Origin: the human T2T-CHM13v2.0 reference genome, Homo sapiens
Strand: one strand, 5' to 3'
NCBI RefSeq assembly: GCF_009914755.1
Contig: NC_060930.1
DNA length: 64,000 nucleotides
Shown here: positions 28,766-42,300 of the stretch, piece after piece
Numbering within the stretch: position 1 is the first letter of the stretch
How the letters are laid out: the number at the start of each line of letters is the position of its first letter
Program-made: the position numbers and the translations under genes
The notes under the pieces: model-generated
Databases searched by the model: none
Seen by the model: only the letters and a program-made list of their open reading frames with translations
Told to the model about the DNA's origin: nothing

Positions 28766-30286
28766 TAGCCAAAGCAATTTTAAGAAAAAGAACAAAGCTG
28801 GAGGCATCTCATTGCCTGACCTCAAATTATACTAAAAGGGTATAGTAACTAAAACAGCATGATATTCATATAAAAACAGACACATAGAACAATGGAATGG
28901 AATAGAGAAGTCAGAAGTAAAGTCACATATCTACAGTCAATTGATCTTTTTGACAAAGTTGACAAAAACATACACTGAGGAAAGGACGCCCTTTTCAATA
29001 CATGGTGCTGGGAAAATTGGATCGCCCCATGCGGAAGAGTGAAACTGGACCCTTATCTGTCAACATATAAAAAAAAAAATCGACTCAAGATGGATTAAAG
29101 ACTTAAAAGTAATACCTAAAACGATTAAAATACTAAAAGAAAATATAGGGAAAACTCTTCTGGACATTGGTTTAGGAAAAGAATTTATGACTAAGACCTC
29201 AAAAGCACAGGCAACAAGACAAAAAACAGACAAAATGAGATTTAATTAAACTAAAAAGCTTTTGCACAGCAAAAGAAATAATAAACAGAATGAACAGACA
29301 ACCTGCAGAATGGGAGAAAAATATCTGCAAACTACACATCCAACGAGATTAATATCCAGAATTTACAAGAAACTCAAACAACTCAACAAAAAACCCCACA
29401 AATAACCCCATTAAAAAGGGGGCAAAGCACATGAATAGACATTTTTCAAAAGAAGACATACAAATGGCCAAGAAGCACATGAAAAATGTTTAACATCAGT
29501 AAGCACCAGATAAATGCAAATTAATACCACAATGAGACATCATCTCACAACAGTCAGAATGGCTATTAAAAATTCATCCACAAACACATCTTGAACGGAA
29601 AAAAAAGAAAAAAAGTCAAACAAGTACAGATGTTGGCAAGAATGCAGAGAAACAGGAACACACACACTGTTGGTGAGACTGTAAAGTAGTACAACCTCTA
29701 CAGAAAACAGCATGGCAAGTCATCAAAGAACTAAAAATAGAATTAATATTTGATCCAGTAACCTCGTTACTGGGTATCTACCCAAAAGAAAAAAAAAACC
29801 ATTATACCAAAAAGATAATCTGCACTCATATGTCTATTGTAGCAATATTCACAAGAACAAAGATTTGGAATTAACCTAAGTGCCCATCAAGTGTCTATTA
29901 ACATTCCTGAATGGATAAAGAAAATGTAGTGTATATAAATGCAATGGAATACTATTCAACCTTAAAAAAGACTGAAGTTATGTCTTTCACAGCAACACAG
30001 ATGAACTGGAGGCCATTATCTTAAGTGAAATGACTCAGAAAAAAGTCAAATGCTGCATGTTCTCACTTGTAAGTGGAACCTAAATAATGTGTACACATGG
30101 ACAGAGAGTGGAATAAGAAGACATTGGAGACTCAAAAGGATGGGAGGGTGAGGGATGAGAAATTACTTAATGCGTACAATGTACATTATTCAGGTGATGA
30201 TTACACTAAAAGCCCAGACTTCACGCTATGCAATATAACCATGTAACAAAACTGCATGTGCACCCCTTAAATTTATATAAATAAAA
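28766..30286 (+). mobile_element. L1PB/L1MA ORF2 3' part and 3'UTR
   Basis: agccaaagcaat..aacaaagctggaggcatc... ending catgtaacaaaactgca..aataaa. Confidence 0.9.
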
Positions 30287-30700
30287 TGGCTTTATTGAGA
30301 TATAATTTATTGAGATATGGCAATACAATACACCTACTTGAAGTACACAAGCCAATGGTTTTTAATATATTTACAACATTGTACAATCATCACTTTTAGA
30401 ACATTTCTATTACGCTAAAAGGAAAGTTTGTAATCATTAGCAATCGCTCTCCATTTCTCCCCAACCTCACTGGCCAAAGGTGACTACTAATCTACTTTGT
30501 ATCTTTATAGCTTTGCTATTCTGGACATTTCATAGGAATGGAATCATACAATGTGTTCTTCGAGACTAGCTTCTTTCTCTTAGTATGCTTCCAAAGTCCA
30601 TCTGTGCTGTATCATATATCAGTCCTTCATTCCTTCATTATTGCCAAATAATATTCCTTCATTATTGCCAAATAATATTCCAAGGTATGGAGAAAGACAA
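30287..30700 (-). mobile_element. L1M 3' end, with a 25-bp tandem duplication near 30630-30680
   Basis: tttattgagatataattt..ctaatctactttg..ggaatcatacaat. Confidence 0.75.
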
Positions 30701-31495
30701 TTTTCTCTTGGTTCAATGACATCTTCCTTTCTCCTTTCCCTCTATCAAGTAGATCTCTGGAAAAACTGGCTTACAAGCCAAAACAAACACATTGAATGAA
30801 AAAATGTTCAGTTTGTTATTCATGTAATCTCTGGGGATGCTCCTCCATATACATGGTTCCATTTTAATCTATACCTGAATGAGTCGCACATCCATGTCTC
30901 CAGCTCGTACCCTTGGCTTTCTCTCGTGTCTACATGTCTGTGAAGCTACAAGAACTCAGCCATTGCCTGTGCGGCACACCATGGAAGTAGCAACTGGAAA
31001 TTTCTACTTTGGGCAAGACACTTAGCATTTGGGCCCACTGCCAGAATCAAAATGAGATAATGCACATCCAGAGAACAAATGCTTTTCCACCCTACACAGA
31101 GGAAAGTTATGATCTGTTCTTGCAGCTGCAGGACCAGCATCAGCACAAGACCAAGAGAAACTCATCACCTGTCTCAAAACCATGCAAGCACACCTGAGGC
31201 CTACTCTCTCTCCCATAAAGAGTTCCATCAAGTCAAGGACAGTATTCTACAGCATTTTCCTTACCCTTAAAACTCACACCAGTGTAGCCCAAGTCTTCTC
31301 ACTGTTTTCTTTCAAGGCCACCTTTTTTCCTCTCTGGAAAATCAATCACTTAGTCACAAACACAATCAATTTTCTTCATCCCTTTCCTCAAGCTACTAAA
31401 TGTGAGAAAGTTCCTGCTGGTGAGACAATTGGCAAGTGGCTTCATTCACCCAAAGAGGTGCTACTTAGATTGACTGGAATTATGAGTTTTGTTTT

Positions 31496-31799
<304 letters not shown>

Positions 31800-32165
31800 A
31801 GGAATCATGTGTGAAGAATGAAAAGCAATTTGCAAAAGATAGAGAAGAAAGATGTGTAAAATAAAACAAAGTTAACAATGGCCAACACTCATCCAGGACT
31901 TACATTTCCTAAGCATTGTGCTTATGACTTTTAAATTTATTTTCTCAGTTAATTCTTATAAGCCTATCATGTGGGTATAATTGCTAATGTGATTTTTTTA
32001 CATGAAGAAACTGAGGCATATCATTATGCCTCATTATCATTATAAGCAAAGGAGCAAATATTTGAAAATAACCACAGAGCCGACATTTTTTAAACACTAA
32101 GCCATACTGCTTCCTTGTATAACAAAATTGAGGGCAGGTGAACTCAGTTAGAAAAACCAAATTTG

Positions 32166-32553
<388 letters not shown>

Positions 32554-33029
32554 CTATTCCCACTCCTAAGATGAAGGAATATGTTTGGGATAACTACATG
32601 AGTTGATCAAGGTAACACAGAGGAATAGCTTACTCCTTTTCTCTATTATTCTGCTAATAAGTGGTATCTAAAAGGCAACAACAGTTGGCTCTTTTGATAA
32701 TGAGACACACAAAGGAAAGGAACCAAATGGTTGTCTTTAAAAAATATATATACAAGCATAGACAGACAGGATAGGTAGCTACAAATTGATTAAAAGCTTA
32801 TGATCTCTGCATATAGGCTAAATGGATGCTGAGTTATTCAGATGTCTGCTTTCCACATCAGTCTCCATTACCTAGCCCAGAGCTGCTACGCACTAAAGTA
32901 CTCTTGTTGAATACTTTTGAAAGCCCACTCAGAATTCCTATTTAATTGCTCAGAATAATAATTATATAATTCATTACCTAGACCTGTACTAACAGACTAG
33001 CCACTAACTAAATGGGCTGTTAAAATTAT

Positions 33030-33370
33030 AGTGGTTACTAGAAGCAGAGAAGGATGGCGGGAAGGGGATAGCCAAAGGTTGGTTAACTAACACCAAAATA
33101 CAGCTACGTAGGAGGAATGAAGTCTAGTGTTCTATACCCCTAAAAGGTGACTACAATTAATTACAATTTATTGCATATTTTCAAATACTTAGAAGAAAGA
33201 ATGAATTGTGAATGCTCTTAACACAAAGAAATGTTAAATGTTTGAGGTAATGGATATGCTAATTACCCTGATTTGATCATTACACATTGTACACATCTAC
33301 TGATGTATCACATGTATCCACAAATATGTAAATCATTATCTGTCGATTAAAATAATAAAAGCAAAAAAAT
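33030..33370 (+). mobile_element. L1MA 3' end
   Basis: tttgaggtaatggatatgctaattaccctgatttgatcattacacattgta. Confidence 0.85.
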
Positions 33371-33489
33371 CTTATTACAGGTTATTTTAAGCTGCTAACA
33401 AGATAACTGATTGCAGTAAGAAACTACACTTTTACTCTACATTTCATTTTTTCATGTGACAATTTACACCATTTTATATTGTGTATCAC

Positions 33490-33686
33490 TTAAATTACAT
33501 TGTAGCTCTCGTTTTTAAAAAATTAAAATTAATTAAAATTAAGTTAAATGAAAAAAATCAGTTCCTCAGTCACACTAGACACCTTTCAAATGTTCAAAAA
33601 TTCTGTGTGGCTAGTGGCCAGCAGCTTGGACAGCTCATTCATAGACCACTTCCATTATCACAGAAAGATCTATTGCACAGTGCTAA
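33490..33686. mobile_element. MER3/MER33-like hAT-Charlie element
   Basis: tgtggctagtggc..ttggacagc..ccattatcacagaaagatctattgcacagtgct. Confidence 0.65.
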
Positions 33687-35599
33687 TCTCCACATTGCAA
33701 TAATCATCTTTCTATGAAGATATACAAACACTATAAAGAGAAAAACAGGAAGGGAGAATCAAAGTGCAACACTCAGATGAGAGTCTTCTCAAGACGGCTT
33801 CTAAAGAACACAAAGGAATGAACAAAAGGAATGTTAAAATTTAATCTTGAAGTGTCAAACACTACTCCCAGTTAAAATCCGATATACTGTAGAATCCTTA
33901 AGATTTCCATTTAGCATATATCTCATGCTCTATAAATCTACCCTGGGCAAAGAAGTAGTCAATTTCACTTTCTTAATCATTAGCATCAGCATAAACAACT
34001 GGACTTCTCTATACCCTCTACCCCAAGTAAGTTCTGAGGGGTGGGGGGTGAGCATTTTTTTGTCTGTTTTGTGGACTGCACTATTCTCACTGCCTGGCTA
34101 CATCACAAGTGCTTAACAAACATTTGTAGAATGAATGAATGTACCCACCTCCTAAGAACACACACCCAGCGTGAGGGTAAATATTACCATTTCCAAAACA
34201 TAAAATTCCAGTGCCTTCTTTCAGATACCGAAGGTCCCAGGCTTCTTGCTGCCTTGGGCCTTTGCTGGGTGCCATTTCCTATTTCTAGAAGGCTCTTCCC
34301 ATGATCTCCACGTGACTGGCTCCTTCTCCCCAGCAAGGCCTCATCACATGCTAGAGAAACCTTTGTGACCACTCTGATATGAAAGTGAGAACTCACCACT
34401 GGTCACTCTTTGTCAATCTAACTTACTGCTTCACAATACTCAAAAGTCGAATTAATCACTGTTTATTATTTATCCCTACACCTCTGGAATACAAACAGGA
34501 GCTACTTCTGGAATATAAACAGGAGAGAGATGACCTTGTCATCCTGTGTAATCTACAGTGCCTGGTGCATAGTAAATGCTCAAGGAATGTGAGGGTGCTC
34601 TGTCTACATAAGTATCCTCTGCAAAAACTACATTAACTGTATTCTTTGGCCTTAGCTCTTTCATCACTGACCTTTTGTACTACTTGGTTTTAGTTCACAA
34701 TACCGAGGATTGTTTTTTTCATACTTTCACACATGAAACTTGCAAATTAAATGGAATCACAGCAAACTTCACTCAGACTTACTGTGAATATTTTCTATAA
34801 TTTACTTTTCAATCATCAGCACTTAAAGTTTGGGGTCATAACCAAAATAAGGATTGATTTTGTTATCAAGAGCAACATAAGTAACATATCTGAGGAAAAA
34901 TTATGATGTTAATCAGTTAATATGGTATCATATTAACCTCTACAGAAACTGTGAAGTTAAGAGCATAATTCTTAACTAGTCACGAGTCTGAGGCCAACTT
35001 CTCAAAGTAGCCTATAAGGCCTGTCCACAACACAAAACACAGTTTAACACCGTTATCAGCCTCTGCCCAGGTGTGCTCAGAGAACCTGCAGAAGAAATGT
35101 CCACTTCCAACATTATTAAATAGCACAGCATTTCATAATTACTTTCTTTTCTTCCAGATTCTGGGCAAGTTTTATATATTATATATAATTATAGTCAGAA
35201 TACAACGATCTGAGGTAAACAAAAATTAACGTATACAGATAAGAGCCAAACAAATGTAAGAAATTTGTGGGAAAAAACACACAGCATTTGATCAGAAATG
35301 CAACTTTTTTTCTTTGTCTGAATTTAAAGAAAGTAACTAGAAAACAAGGTGGAGGAAATACTAGAAATATTTTATGTACGTTTAAAGGTTTTTATGTAAA
35401 TTAATTAAAGGTGTATACTCAAAGAATGTCAAAGTATGTTAAAGTCATCAAGCCAAATTAAAAAAACAATACTACGATCCTCTGAATAAATAAACATACA
35501 CGGTTCGCCTGCTACAGCCATACATTTTTCAGTTCCTCTATATTCGGGAAGTTTAGTGTGTTTTTCAATCCGTGAGTTGAAAAGAGGAAGAGGTCATTT

Positions 35600-36360
35600 G
35601 GTCGTGTCTGGATTCCTGAGCTGGGCCCCAGCCGGCTCTGGCGCCCTCCCCGGGGTGCGCTCCGCCAGCCGTGCGCCTCCGGAGCTCTGCCCAGGGGACC
35701 GCGGCGGGTGCGTGGCTGGGTAGGCCCACCTGACCACAGCCGCGCGCACCCGGAATGCGGAACGCGCCGCGCCCTTGCACCCGGCCGGGGGGCGTGGGGA
35801 GCCGCAGGCGCTCCGGGAGCTGGGGCAGTCCCGCCCTTCCTAGCCTCCCGAGTGCCTGCTGCAGAGCGCAGGGCGGCGGCCACCTGACCACGCGCACAAA
35901 CAAGAAGGCGCAGCAGCCGCAGGGGCACCGCGCCTCCCTGTCGCCCGGCCAGGGAGCCCCCTCCCCAGGGTCCTCTTACCTGGACCTCCACGGCTCCCTC
36001 CTACACCTCCGACCGCCGTCACCCACCTACCCCGGAGCCCTCAGCTGCAATTCTCAGCTGATGGGCGGTGGCGTGGGGACGCCCAGTGCGCATGCCCGCA
36101 GCACAACTCAGGAAGAAGGCGGGGTTCACCCCTTTTCTATTGGCCCGCGGGGCTGAGTGACAGCGGCCCTCACCGCCCCTCCGGTTCCAAGCTAAGGAAT
36201 GGGGGTATCAGCAAAATTGCAAGGGAGCTGTTCTTTGAAGCCTGACGTAGAGATGGTGAACGCCTCTTAGCCTGCGTGCAAAAAAGGACAGAATGGAGGA
36301 CAGTTGTCTTCTTTATCTGGTGAAGCCAGCCTTCTTGCACGCGGGTCTTCACCCCGCCCC
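35600..36360. promoter_or_regulatory. STX7: CpG island / TATA-less STX7 promoter
   Basis: Sharp GC/CpG enrichment. NRF1-like TGCGCATGC (36087-36095), ETS-like CAGGAAG (36109-36115), GC boxes, CCAAT on the minus strand (ATTGG 36139-36143), half-CRE TGACG (~36244). Confidence 0.9.
35980..36080 (-). other. STX7: STX7 non-coding exon 1 (5' end approximate)
   Basis: Consensus donor CAG|GTAAGA at 35980/35979 inside the CpG island, 9.4 kb upstream of exon 2. Confidence 0.85.
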
Positions 36361-38300
36361 ATTAGCTCTTGCCTGTCTTGTTTGCTAACCTTTAACTGCA
36401 GTAGATCGCGTTGACAGCTCTATCGAAAAATGCAAAGGCGAGTACACAATCCTAGCAGGAACAATGAAGGAATAAGTGAAGAGTCATCTCTGGGTGCTCA
36501 CTTGTAAACAAGTTTTCCTAGTACATACAAGTCATTCTAAGCATTCCTGAAAAGCAGGGCGTAGTTTTCACAGGGTTTAAAACAAGCAGAGACAGTTCCA
36601 ATGATAAATATGCAAATATATTGTAATTGTTAGATGAAAAGCATCAATTGCTACAAATGAAAGAAAGCCCTCTCCAAATTAATTAGAAGATAGATTGGCT
36701 TAGCCTTTGCCTATATTAAGGCAACACTATTTTCTAAAATGATTACCCGGATAGGTGATATCAAAAGTCCAGACGCACTTAGGTGGAAAAAAACAAAACC
36801 CAGGATAGAATTCTGATTGGAACTCACCAACACTAAGTGTGGAATGTTGTCTGCTTAAGAGAGATGGACAGAGAAAGAATAACCCTGAAAACGAGTAACC
36901 CACAAGATAGGAAATAAACCAGGAAAAGGTAAACTAGAGAATGAAGGAAAAAAGGAGGGAATTGTCCATGATGTCACCTGTTACACAAAGTTCAAGTAAA
37001 TAAAGAACTGAAAGTAGTGCATTGTACTTGAGAATTAGGAAGTGGCTGGTGAACGTAGGAAGAAACATTTCAATCATTGAAGGAACACATGAAAGGATCT
37101 TACATCCATGTGAGGTTTAGTGCCCTTTCCAAATACCCATTCATATTACCTTTGATAGAACTCTGGGCTCCGGGGAGGGAAGGTACAATGCACTACAGAA
37201 GAACCTGAGATTAAGTGGCCTCTTCAAGTTACCCTGATAGTTACTGACTATGCTGGGCCCAAAACTTAGCTGTCTGAGCCCTCATCTTGGGCTCATTCCA
37301 ATTCCTTGTTTTAAAATATGTTATGAGTGGATTCCTTCCAGGTCTTTTGAAAACTTAGAATAAGATTTCATCCTTTGGTATTCAAATGGGAAAAAAAAGA
37401 AGTATAGTCTAGACAAACTTGCAAAATTTAGAAGTATTAAGATAAATGAATTACTAAGAGTTCCTGACACAGTATTCCATCTGCGAATCTGGCTGCTACC
37501 AAGTTAAATTCAGCCAGGTGTCTTGAAAGTGGTAGGGCTTTAAAAGTCTCCTAATTTGATGAGTGATAATGTCACATCTCCCAAAATAAATCATTTCCAT
37601 GTGCAGAAGTTACCTATGACTGAAAGCTTGTAATTTGGATTTTCAGAAATAGTAATTTGCGAGATTTGGGCCTTCTTGGAGAGATTTTGAAGGAAACCAG
37701 AAGTTGTTGAGTGGGGAATGTTATCTGCACACTTGTGGTGTCCTTATTAATATAAATACCATAAATACCTCCTATGTAACATCTCTCATGTAGGATGGAG
37801 AACTGTCCACTGCTGTATCTCCAGTGTCTGGGATAGCAATTCCAGGGAATAGAAGGAGATAATTGCTGGTTCATTTAATAGTTACTGAACTAAAAATATT
37901 TTTTACATGACCACTATGTGATCTTCTGGGAAAGCCAAAGAAGTAAAAGACGCATAAAGGTAAATAGAGCAAACAGGGACTTATTGGTAAGTGAGAAGGA
38001 CAAGTTGACTTATGAAGGTTTGTTTTTATTTATAATACAGTGGGAAAACCACAACTGGTTTAAAAAATCTATGCTAGATTAAAAGGAAGCTTAAATTAAT
38101 ACTTAATAAACAAGAGTTAGTTCAGTTGTGCCTTATTGTTAAGCACCTTCCATGTCTCTCTACAGTCTACTTGTTTTCTGTTTAAGATCACACAAGTGCC
38201 TAGTCATATATCAAGCACAGAATTGATTTTGCCCTAGCTTTTGAACATGGAGGTAATAAACAGATATCCCGTGGAAATCTTACATGGGCCATTATAGCAT

Positions 38301-38370
38301 GATGACTGGTATATTTGTTTCTAATTTTACCTCCTGATGACTGGTATTTTCGTTTCTAATTTTACCTCCT
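38301..38370 (+). repeat. 35-bp tandem duplication
   Basis: gatgactggtat(a/t)tt(t/c)gtttctaattttacctcct twice. Confidence 0.9.
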
Positions 38371-38891
38371 AAGTGTTGTTCATATGTGCCCTCTTCTCTC
38401 TGTCCCTCATGGTTGACATCCTGATCCACTGCAATAGCCTCCTTGTTGGATCTTCTATCTCCAGGTCTTCTCAACTTTATTATTGTCAAAGCCACCACTG
38501 AATATTTGAAGCTCTAATCTGAGAACTTTGCTCCAGGCTTCATGCCATTTCCATGATTGCAGCATTCCCTGAACTGTATTTCTTAAGAAAAAAAACCAAA
38601 ATGATTAGATTGGGGAGAGCTGGGGAATTGTGTGGGTTGAAATAAGGAATCAGGGAATTGGTCTACAAAGAAATGTTTGGGAAACATATTATATTGCATT
38701 CTTGAAGATTCACAGAGCATATTTGTAAATTAAAGACGCTGAGAAGTGGTTCAGGAAAGAAACAAGTAAAAATTTCTTTTACCCAGTATTTTATGAGTGT
38801 ATTTGATGGTGGAACTTGCCTGTAAAACTTTTAAATATGCATAATGGAAAACACTGCTCTCAAAATCAAGTCCAAGCCCCCTGCATATACA

Positions 38892-39024
38892 CAGGGTGAC
38901 CATATATTTAGTTTGCTAGGACAGCCCTAGTTTATGCTTGTTGTCCTGGCCGCCTGTCTTCTGAGCATGCCCTTTCATTCTCAAACGTGCTTCAGTTCAG
39001 ATGATGCATCATATGGTCCCTATA
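38892..39024. mobile_element. MER94/MER81-like hAT-Blackjack MITE
   Basis: cagggtgaccatat ... atatggtccctata inverted termini. Confidence 0.6.
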
Positions 39025-39512
39025 CATATAAGGACCACATGGTCTGATCCTGCCTTTCCAAGCATCAAAATTTATGCTTGGAATATGTTGGCTTAAATAA
39101 CTCCTCTTTCTCTGTCTGCTCTCCCCTCCATCCCAGCAGCTAGCTCCCCAGTCACAAACCAGGGGTTTTCTTATTTCTGTGCTTCGCTCACGTAGTTCCC
39201 ATTAGCTAGAAAACATTTTTTCTTCTCCCCCATGTTTTAAACGATTCTTTATTTTGGAATAATTTTAGATTTATAGAAGAGCTGCAAAGATAGTACAGCA
39301 CTCCTGTATATACCTCACCCAGGTTCCCCTAATGTTTCCTTAATGTTAACATCTTACATAACCATGGTCCACTTGTCAAAACTAAGAAATCAGCATTGGT
39401 ATAGCAGTACCAACTAAATTAGCTTGTATTCTCCCTGCTCCAGCTCTAGAATCAGTCATTTTACTATTAAGCACTTCTTCTTTTTATTGGAAAAAGCTAT
39501 TTAGAAATCAAA

Positions 39513-40005
39513 GGCCAGGACCACCAGGCACAGTAGCATGGCTCACACCTGTAAACCCAGCACTTTGGAAGGCGAAGGCAGGCAGATCATTTGAGCCCAG
39601 AAGTTCGAGGCCAGCCTAGGCAATGGGGCAAAACCCTGTTGTGATGGTTAATACTGAGTGTCAACTTGATTGGATTGAAGGATGCAAAGTATTGATCTTG
39701 GGTGTGTCTGTGAAGATGTCGCCAACAGAGATTAACATTTGAGTCAGTGGGCTGGAGAACACAGGCCCACCCTTAATCTGGTGGGCACCATCTAATCAGC
39801 TGCCAGCAAATATAAAGCAGGCAGAAAAATGTGAAAAGGCTAGACTAGCCTAGCCTCCCACCCTATATCTTTCTCCCGTGCTGAACGCTTCCTGCCCCTG
39901 AGCATCCAAGTTCTTCAGTTTTGGAACTCGGACTGGCTCTCCTTGCTCCTTAGCCTGCAGACAGCCTATGGGACCTTGTGATCATGTGAGTTCATACTTA
40001 ATAAA

Positions 40006-40058
<53 letters not shown>

Positions 40059-40300
40059 TCCATTAATTCTGTTCCACTAGAGAACCTTGGCTATTACACC
40101 CATCTCTACAAAAATTAGCTGGGTGTGGTGATGTGCACAGTAGCTATAGTCCCAGCTACTCAGGAGGCTGAGGTGGGAGGATTGCCTGAGCCCAAGAGGT
40201 CAAGGCTGCAGTGAGCCAAGATCATGCCACTGCACTGCAGTGTGGGCAACAGAGTGAGACCCTGTCCCCCACCCTACCAAAAAGAAGAAAAGAAAAGAAA
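39513..40300 (+). mobile_element. AluJ split by an MLT2A LTR
   Basis: Left part 39513-39639; resumes cccatctctacaaaaattagc at 40099. Confidence 0.88.
39640..40098 (+). mobile_element. MLT2A (HERV-L) solo LTR containing (TA)n at ~40009-40053
   Basis: TGTGATGGTTAATACTGAGTGTCAACTTGATTGGATTG...ATTACA; TSD CCTGT/CCCAT. Confidence 0.92.
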
Positions 40301-40848
40301 TCAAGATCAAGGCACTAACCTTCTCATTGTTACTAGGGTGTCAGTGCTTCTACGCTCCCCTCAATGGACAGAGCTAGGAAATAAATTTATATATACTAAT
40401 TCATGTATGTAGGATATTTACTCCAGGCTTCATGCCATCCCCATGTTGGCTGCATGCCCCAAAATATATTTGGTAAAAATAAAAGTGCTTGGACTGGGCA
40501 GAGGTGGGGTTTGTGTGAGTTGGGGTAAGGAATCAGGGAATTGATCCATAGAGAAATGTATACAGTATACATTATATGCAGTATAAGCCTTGTATAAAGT
40601 ATGTCTATAAATTTAATTTTACAAGAAACTGCCAAGTTGTTTTCCAGTTGTTTTACATATCCATAGCTATATCAGATTTTATCTATATATATAAACACGA
40701 GTTCATCTAGGCATTCCCAATTCTAATCCAACATTATAGGGGTCATTCTAGCCTTCCCTTGTCCTAATTTTTAGCTTCTTTCGCTAGAAGTGAGAAACCT
40801 AGCTCCCATTATCTACCATTTATGTTCTTATTTCTATAATGTAAAAAA

Positions 40849-40915
40849 TTAGGTTGGTGCAAAGGTAATTGTGGTTTTTGCCATTAAACCGCAATTACCT
40901 TTGCACCAACCTAAT
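40849..40915. mobile_element. MADE1, internally deleted
   Basis: ttaggttggtgcaaaggtaatt...aattacctttgcaccaacctaa. Confidence 0.9.
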
Positions 40916-41694
40916 AGCTTCAGAATTGCTAACTCCTACTCTGTGTGAGAAAAAAATCTTTAGTGCAGTGTTTATGTACAATTCTTTTTGTCTTTAGCCT
41001 TATAATATTGAGTCAAAACAATGTTTTCTAAAAATCACCAAGGTCGGCTCTTTACCCATCCCCTTCAGTGAAATTAGGTTATGTTGACTTTGCAGTTAAA
41101 TTCAGTTGTCATAGATCTGCATTTTATCCTATGATCCACAAATATACTGATTGATTTTTTAAATTTGTATAAAGCTCATTGTTTGTGGTATATAGTTCTG
41201 TGGATTTTTGACAGATATATAGAGTAATGTATCCATAACTCCAATACCATAGAGAACAGTTCTACCATACTGAAAATTCCCTTTCACAACAACCCTTATT
41301 CAACCCATCCCCCTCCTCCCACCCTTGGCAACCACTTATGTTTTCTATCACCAGAGTTTTGCCTTTTCCAGAATGTCCTATAAATTCAATCATACAATAT
41401 ATAACCTTTTGGGTCTGATTTCTTTCACTTAGCAGAATGCATTTAAGATACATCCACATTGTTGTATAAATCTATAGTTTGTTTTTTTTTGTGGCTGAAT
41501 AATATTCCATTGTTTGGATATAACACAGCTTATTTATCCATTCACCTGTTGGTTGTTTCCAATTTTTGGCAATTATGAATAAAACTTCTATAAATACTTA
41601 AATACAGATTTTGGTAAAAATAGAAGTTTTCAATCATTTGAGTGAATATCTAGAAGTAGGTCTGTTGGGCTGTATAAGTGTATATTTATTCATT

Positions 41695-42300
41695 TATTTT
41701 TGCTTTAAATATTGCTCCGGGGGAGGGGCCACCACACGTCTACTCAATGAAGAGAAATGTTTTTACAATTTACAGGTATTTTTTTTACACCTATTATGGC
41801 ATGAATTCATAGGAAATAAGTTCTAGCAGCCTCCTTCTTATTGGTTCTCACACAGTGTGCTTCTCTGGATGGAGCAGGCTGCTGCTTTAATTGAACTCAG
41901 GTGACTTTCTCCTTGAGATCCTTTTCTGATCGTTTTCCTTCACGTGTTTGAGGAAGCTGTCTCGGCACTTAGAGTACTTAATATGCTCAATATGCACATC
42001 AATTATCTTGGCAAGAATCATGCCCTTAACTTGTTTGTTTACAACAGTGCCAACAGTATGCTGGGTTACATTGTAGACTCTTCCAGTTTTTCCATGGTGA
42101 TAGTTGTGGGGCATTCATTTTTGAACAGCACCCAACCTCTTGATGACTACGGTATAACCTTTCTTGTAGATTCGCATGTATGTGACCAAAGGAACAACTC
42201 CATGTTTTCTAAAAGGCCTAGAGAACATGTATCAGGTGCCTCTCCTCTTTCCCTTTGTGTTAATCATTTTGGCAAATTACTGGAAGATGGCAATTCTGGC
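41695..42300 (-). pseudogene. Processed pseudogene of ribosomal protein L21 (RPL21/eL21)
   Basis: ATG at 42267 (MINTKGKRRGT), codon 12 is TGA (42234-42232). [27 protein letters not shown] matches RPL21, and it ends YEFMP-TAA at 41794. No introns; has UTR sequence and an A-rich tail; interrupts an L1. Confidence 0.95.

Noticed and set aside
35512-36156. 159-aa, 133-aa and 112-aa ORFs over the CpG island
   Set aside because: GC-rich, stop-poor, low-complexity translations; the longest ones cross the exon 1 donor.
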